Source: Vulcanococcus sp. SFB_649D_100_25 (GTDB lineage Bacteria; Cyanobacteriota; Cyanobacteriia; PCC-6307; Cyanobiaceae). Taken from it: a stretch of DNA of 40,501 nucleotides. A model generated the notes under the pieces. It ran no database searches, was not told where the DNA came from, and was given only the letters and a program-made list of their open reading frames with translations. The first letter of the stretch is position 1, and every line of letters starts with the position of its first letter. Position numbers and translations under genes: made by a program. Positions 37,956 to 40,501 of the stretch are shown piece by piece. The DNA is taken from contig JAURGL010000001.1 of assembly GCA_030833825.1 (NCBI GenBank), positions 1-40,501 of the forward strand. The letters are read 5' to 3'.

Positions 37956-39965
37956 ATGACGACACAAACCCCCAGCCGTAACGGCGCCGCCAAGCAACCC
38001 CATCTGCGGGTGATCCCTCTCGGCGGTCTGCACGAGATCGGCAAGAACACCTGCGTTTTTGAATACGGCGACGACATCATGCTGGTGGATGCCGGTCTGG
38101 CATTCCCCAGCGATGGCATGCATGGCGTCAACGTCGTGATGCCTGATACCAGCTATCTGAAGGAAAACCAGAAGCGCATCCGCGGCATGATCGTGACCCA
38201 CGGTCACGAAGATCACATCGGTGGCATTGCTCACCACCTCAAGAACTTCAACATCCCTGTGATTCATGGGCCGCGCCTGGCGCTGGCGATGCTCACCGGA
38301 AAGATGGAAGAAGCCGGGGTGATGGATCGCACCATCCTTCAAACCGTCGCTCCCCGCGATGTGGTGAAGGTGGGTCAGCACTTCTCCGTGGAGTTCATCC
38401 GCAACACCCACTCGATGGCCGACAGCTTCTCGCTGGCCATCACCACCCCGGTGGGAACGATCATCTTCACCGGGGACTTCAAGTTCGATCACACCCCCGT
38501 CGATGGTGAGACCTTCGACATGGCCCGCCTGGCCCACTACGGCGAGCAGGGTGTCCTGTGTCTGTTCTCCGATTCGACCAACGCTGAAGTGCCCGGCTTC
38601 TGCCCGCCCGAGCGTTCGGTGTTCCCTGCCCTGGATCGTCACATCGCCCAGGCTGAGGGTCGGGTGATCGTCACCACCTTCGCGAGCTCGATTCATCGGG
38701 TTTCGATGATCCTGGAGCTGGCCCTGAAGAACGGCCGCAAGGTGGGCCTGCTGGGCCGTTCCATGCTCAACGTGATCGCCAAGGCCCGCGAGCTGGGCTA
38801 CATGCGGGCCCCGGATGATCTGTTCGTGCCGATCAAGCAGATCCGTGATCTACCCGATCGCGAAACCCTGCTGCTGATGACCGGCAGCCAGGGCGAACCC
38901 CTGGCCGCCCTGAGCCGCATCTCCCGGGGTGAGCACCCTCAGGTGCAGGTGAAAAACAGCGACACGATCATTTTCTCGGCCAGCCCGATCCCCGGGAACA
39001 CCATCTCGGTGGTGAACACCATTGACCGGCTGATGATGCTCGGGGCGAAGGTGGTCTACGGCAAGGGCGAGGGCATCCACGTCTCCGGCCATGGCTTCCA
39101 GGAAGACCAGAAGCTGATGCTGGCTCTCACCAAGCCGAAGTTCTTCGTGCCCGTGCACGGGGAGCACCGCATGCTCGTCTGCCACAGCAAGACCGCCCAG
39201 TCGATGGGGGTGCCGGCGGACAACATCCTGATCATCGACAACGGGGACGTTGTTGAGCTCACTCAGGATTCGATCAACAAGGGCGAACCGGTGAAGGCCG
39301 GCATCGAACTGCTCGACGCCTCCCGCAACGGCATCGTCGATGCCCGGGTGCTCAAGGAGCGTCAGCAGCTCGCCGATGACGGTGTGATCACGATGCTGGC
39401 GGTGATCAGCACTGATGGTGTGATGGCCGCGCCGCCCCGGGTGAACCTGCGCGGTGTGGTGACCGCTGCCGACCCCCGCAAGCTCAGCCTCTGGACCGAG
39501 CGTGAAATCACCTGGGTGCTCGAGAACCGCTGGCAGCAGCTTTCCCGCAACACCGGTGGTAAGGCTCCCGAGGTGGATTGGATGGGCGTCCAGCGGGAGA
39601 TCGAGGTGGGCCTGCAGCGTCGCCTGCGCCGCGAGCTGCAGGTTGAGCCCCTGATCATCTGCCTGGTGCAACCCGCTCCTGGCGGCACCCCGGCCTACAA
39701 GGGCCGCGCCGATGCAGAGCCCGATACCCGTCCAGCCCCCCGCGGCCGCCGCGATGGGAACAGGGATGTGAATAGGGATGGCAACCGTGACCGGGATCGC
39801 GCTGAGCGCAGCAGTGCTCCTCGCCGTGAGCTCGCTCCTGTCGGTGCCGCCGCTGCGGCCCCTGCTCCCGCCCCCGCCGCTGTCCCTGCTGCTGCGACCC
39901 CAGCTCGGGTCGAAGAGCCCGAGATCAGTGGCCGGACCCGCCGCCGTCGCTCCGCCGCCAGCTGA
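37956..39965 (+). CDS. rnj: Ribonuclease J
   Basis: PLGGLHEIGKN, THGHEDHIG, TGDFK, TGSQGEP, HVSGH, PVHGE. Confidence 0.97.
   Translation: MTTQTPSRNGAAKQPHLRVIPLGGLHEIGKNTCVFEYGDDIMLVDAGLAFPSDGMHGVNVVMPDTSYLKENQKRIRGMIVTHGHEDHIGGIAHHLKNFNIPVIHGPRLALAMLTGKMEEAGVMDRTILQTVAPRDVVKVGQHFSVEFIRNTHSMADSFSLAITTPVGTIIFTGDFKFDHTPVDGETFDMARLAHYGEQGVLCLFSDSTNAEVPGFCPPERSVFPALDRHIAQAEGRVIVTTFASSIHRVSMILELALKNGRKVGLLGRSMLNVIAKARELGYMRAPDDLFVPIKQIRDLPDRETLLLMTGSQGEPLAALSRISRGEHPQVQVKNSDTIIFSASPIPGNTISVVNTIDRLMMLGAKVVYGKGEGIHVSGHGFQEDQKLMLALTKPKFFVPVHGEHRMLVCHSKTAQSMGVPADNILIIDNGDVVELTQDSINKGEPVKAGIELLDASRNGIVDARVLKERQQLADDGVITMLAVISTDGVMAAPPRVNLRGVVTAADPRKLSLWTEREITWVLENRWQQLSRNTGGKAPEVDWMGVQREIEVGLQRRLRRELQVEPLIICLVQPAPGGTPAYKGRADAEPDTRPAPRGRRDGNRDVNRDGNRDRDRAERSSAPRRELAPVGAAAAAPAPAPAAVPAAATPARVEEPEISGRTRRRRSAAS
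39750..39785 (+). repeat. Three degenerate 12-bp tandem units encoding RDGN-RDVN-RDGN in the RNase J tail
   Basis: CGCGATGGGAAC AGGGATGTGAAT AGGGATGGCAAC. Confidence 0.65.
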
Positions 39966-40501
39966 GCGCCTTCCCCAGGATTTGTCTCCATGCCGCCTGC
40001 CCCTTTTCGGGGCAGGCTTTTTTGTTGGCGGGCATTGGACTGGACGCCGGCAGCAGGGTCACCAGCAGAGATCCCTGGGAGAAGTCCGGCCCTGGATCGG
40101 GCTCTGCGGCCTTGCTCGCCGGCAGCGCGGCCTGTGGGGGTGGCGGCTGATCTGGGCTTTGCTGCTGGGGTGGTGGGCTCGCTTGCTTGCCGGGGGGCTC
40201 TTCTGCTGAGGCCCAGGGGGTCGCTGCCGCCTCGGCTCCGTTATCGCTAAGTGGAACGGGTGGCGCTGGAGGAGGCTCGGCCACAACCACGGTGCTCCAG
40301 GCGGCCTGCAGGGCCTCGAGGGCTTGCCGGGAATCCTGCAGGTGATTCAGCCATGGCACTGCGGGGACCTCACCGGCAGCTGCAGACGGGGCCGGACTCC
40401 CGGGGTCATGGATCGGAGGTTTCTCGCTCTGGCACTGCTGCAGGCTGCTGCGGGCCAGTTGGGCCAGGGTGGAATCCGGGGCGCTCCGGGCCACGGTTTC
40501 G
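39925..40501 (-). CDS. 3' part of a hypothetical Pro/Ala-rich protein (start lies outside the window)
   Basis: Frame open from the window edge: ...DSTLAQLARSSLQQC...AVPWL...DFSQGSLLVTL...; the frame continues through the rnj terminator. Confidence 0.6.
   Translation of the reverse strand, partial: ETVARSAPDSTLAQLARSSLQQCQSEKPPIHDPGSPAPSAAAGEVPAVPWLNHLQDSRQALEALQAAWSTVVVAEPPPAPPVPLSDNGAEAAATPWASAEEPPGKQASPPPQQQSPDQPPPPQAALPASKAAEPDPGPDFSQGSLLVTLLPASSPMPANKKACPEKGQAAWRQILGKALSWRRSDGGGSGH
39995..40023 (+). terminator. Rho-independent terminator of rnj
   Basis: GCCTGCCCC-TTTTC-GGGGCAGGC followed by TTTTTT. Confidence 0.9.

Noticed and set aside
1-40501. CRISPR array, rRNA, IS elements or prophage genes
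   Set aside because: No regularly spaced repeats, rRNA-like sequence, transposase or phage structural motifs seen

Overview
GC-rich (roughly 65%) chromosomal segment from a picocyanobacterium of the Synechococcus/Cyanobium type. The lineage call rests on gene content and order: gap2, psb34, ycf37, sqdB/sqdX, mgdA-like, tig-clpP-clpX, asd-dapA-rnj. The window is mostly core genome, with about 46 CDS and one tRNA-Gly(CCC). I found no integrase, transposase, CRISPR array or rRNA. The most interesting items are: (1) a divergent HNH nuclease and SMARCAL1/ZRANB3-like SNF2 ATPase pair, with a LexA-box-like site nearby; (2) a long structured leader plus a single-lysine 60-codon uORF in front of asd-dapA; (3) an excess of C-terminal Ala-Ala (ClpX-degron-like) ends, including DnaX two genes from clpX; (4) an RNase E-like Arg-rich terminal motif on RNase J; (5) several small genes and palindromic sites absent from the ORF track. 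Gene names come from motif recognition only; no database search or folding computation was run.
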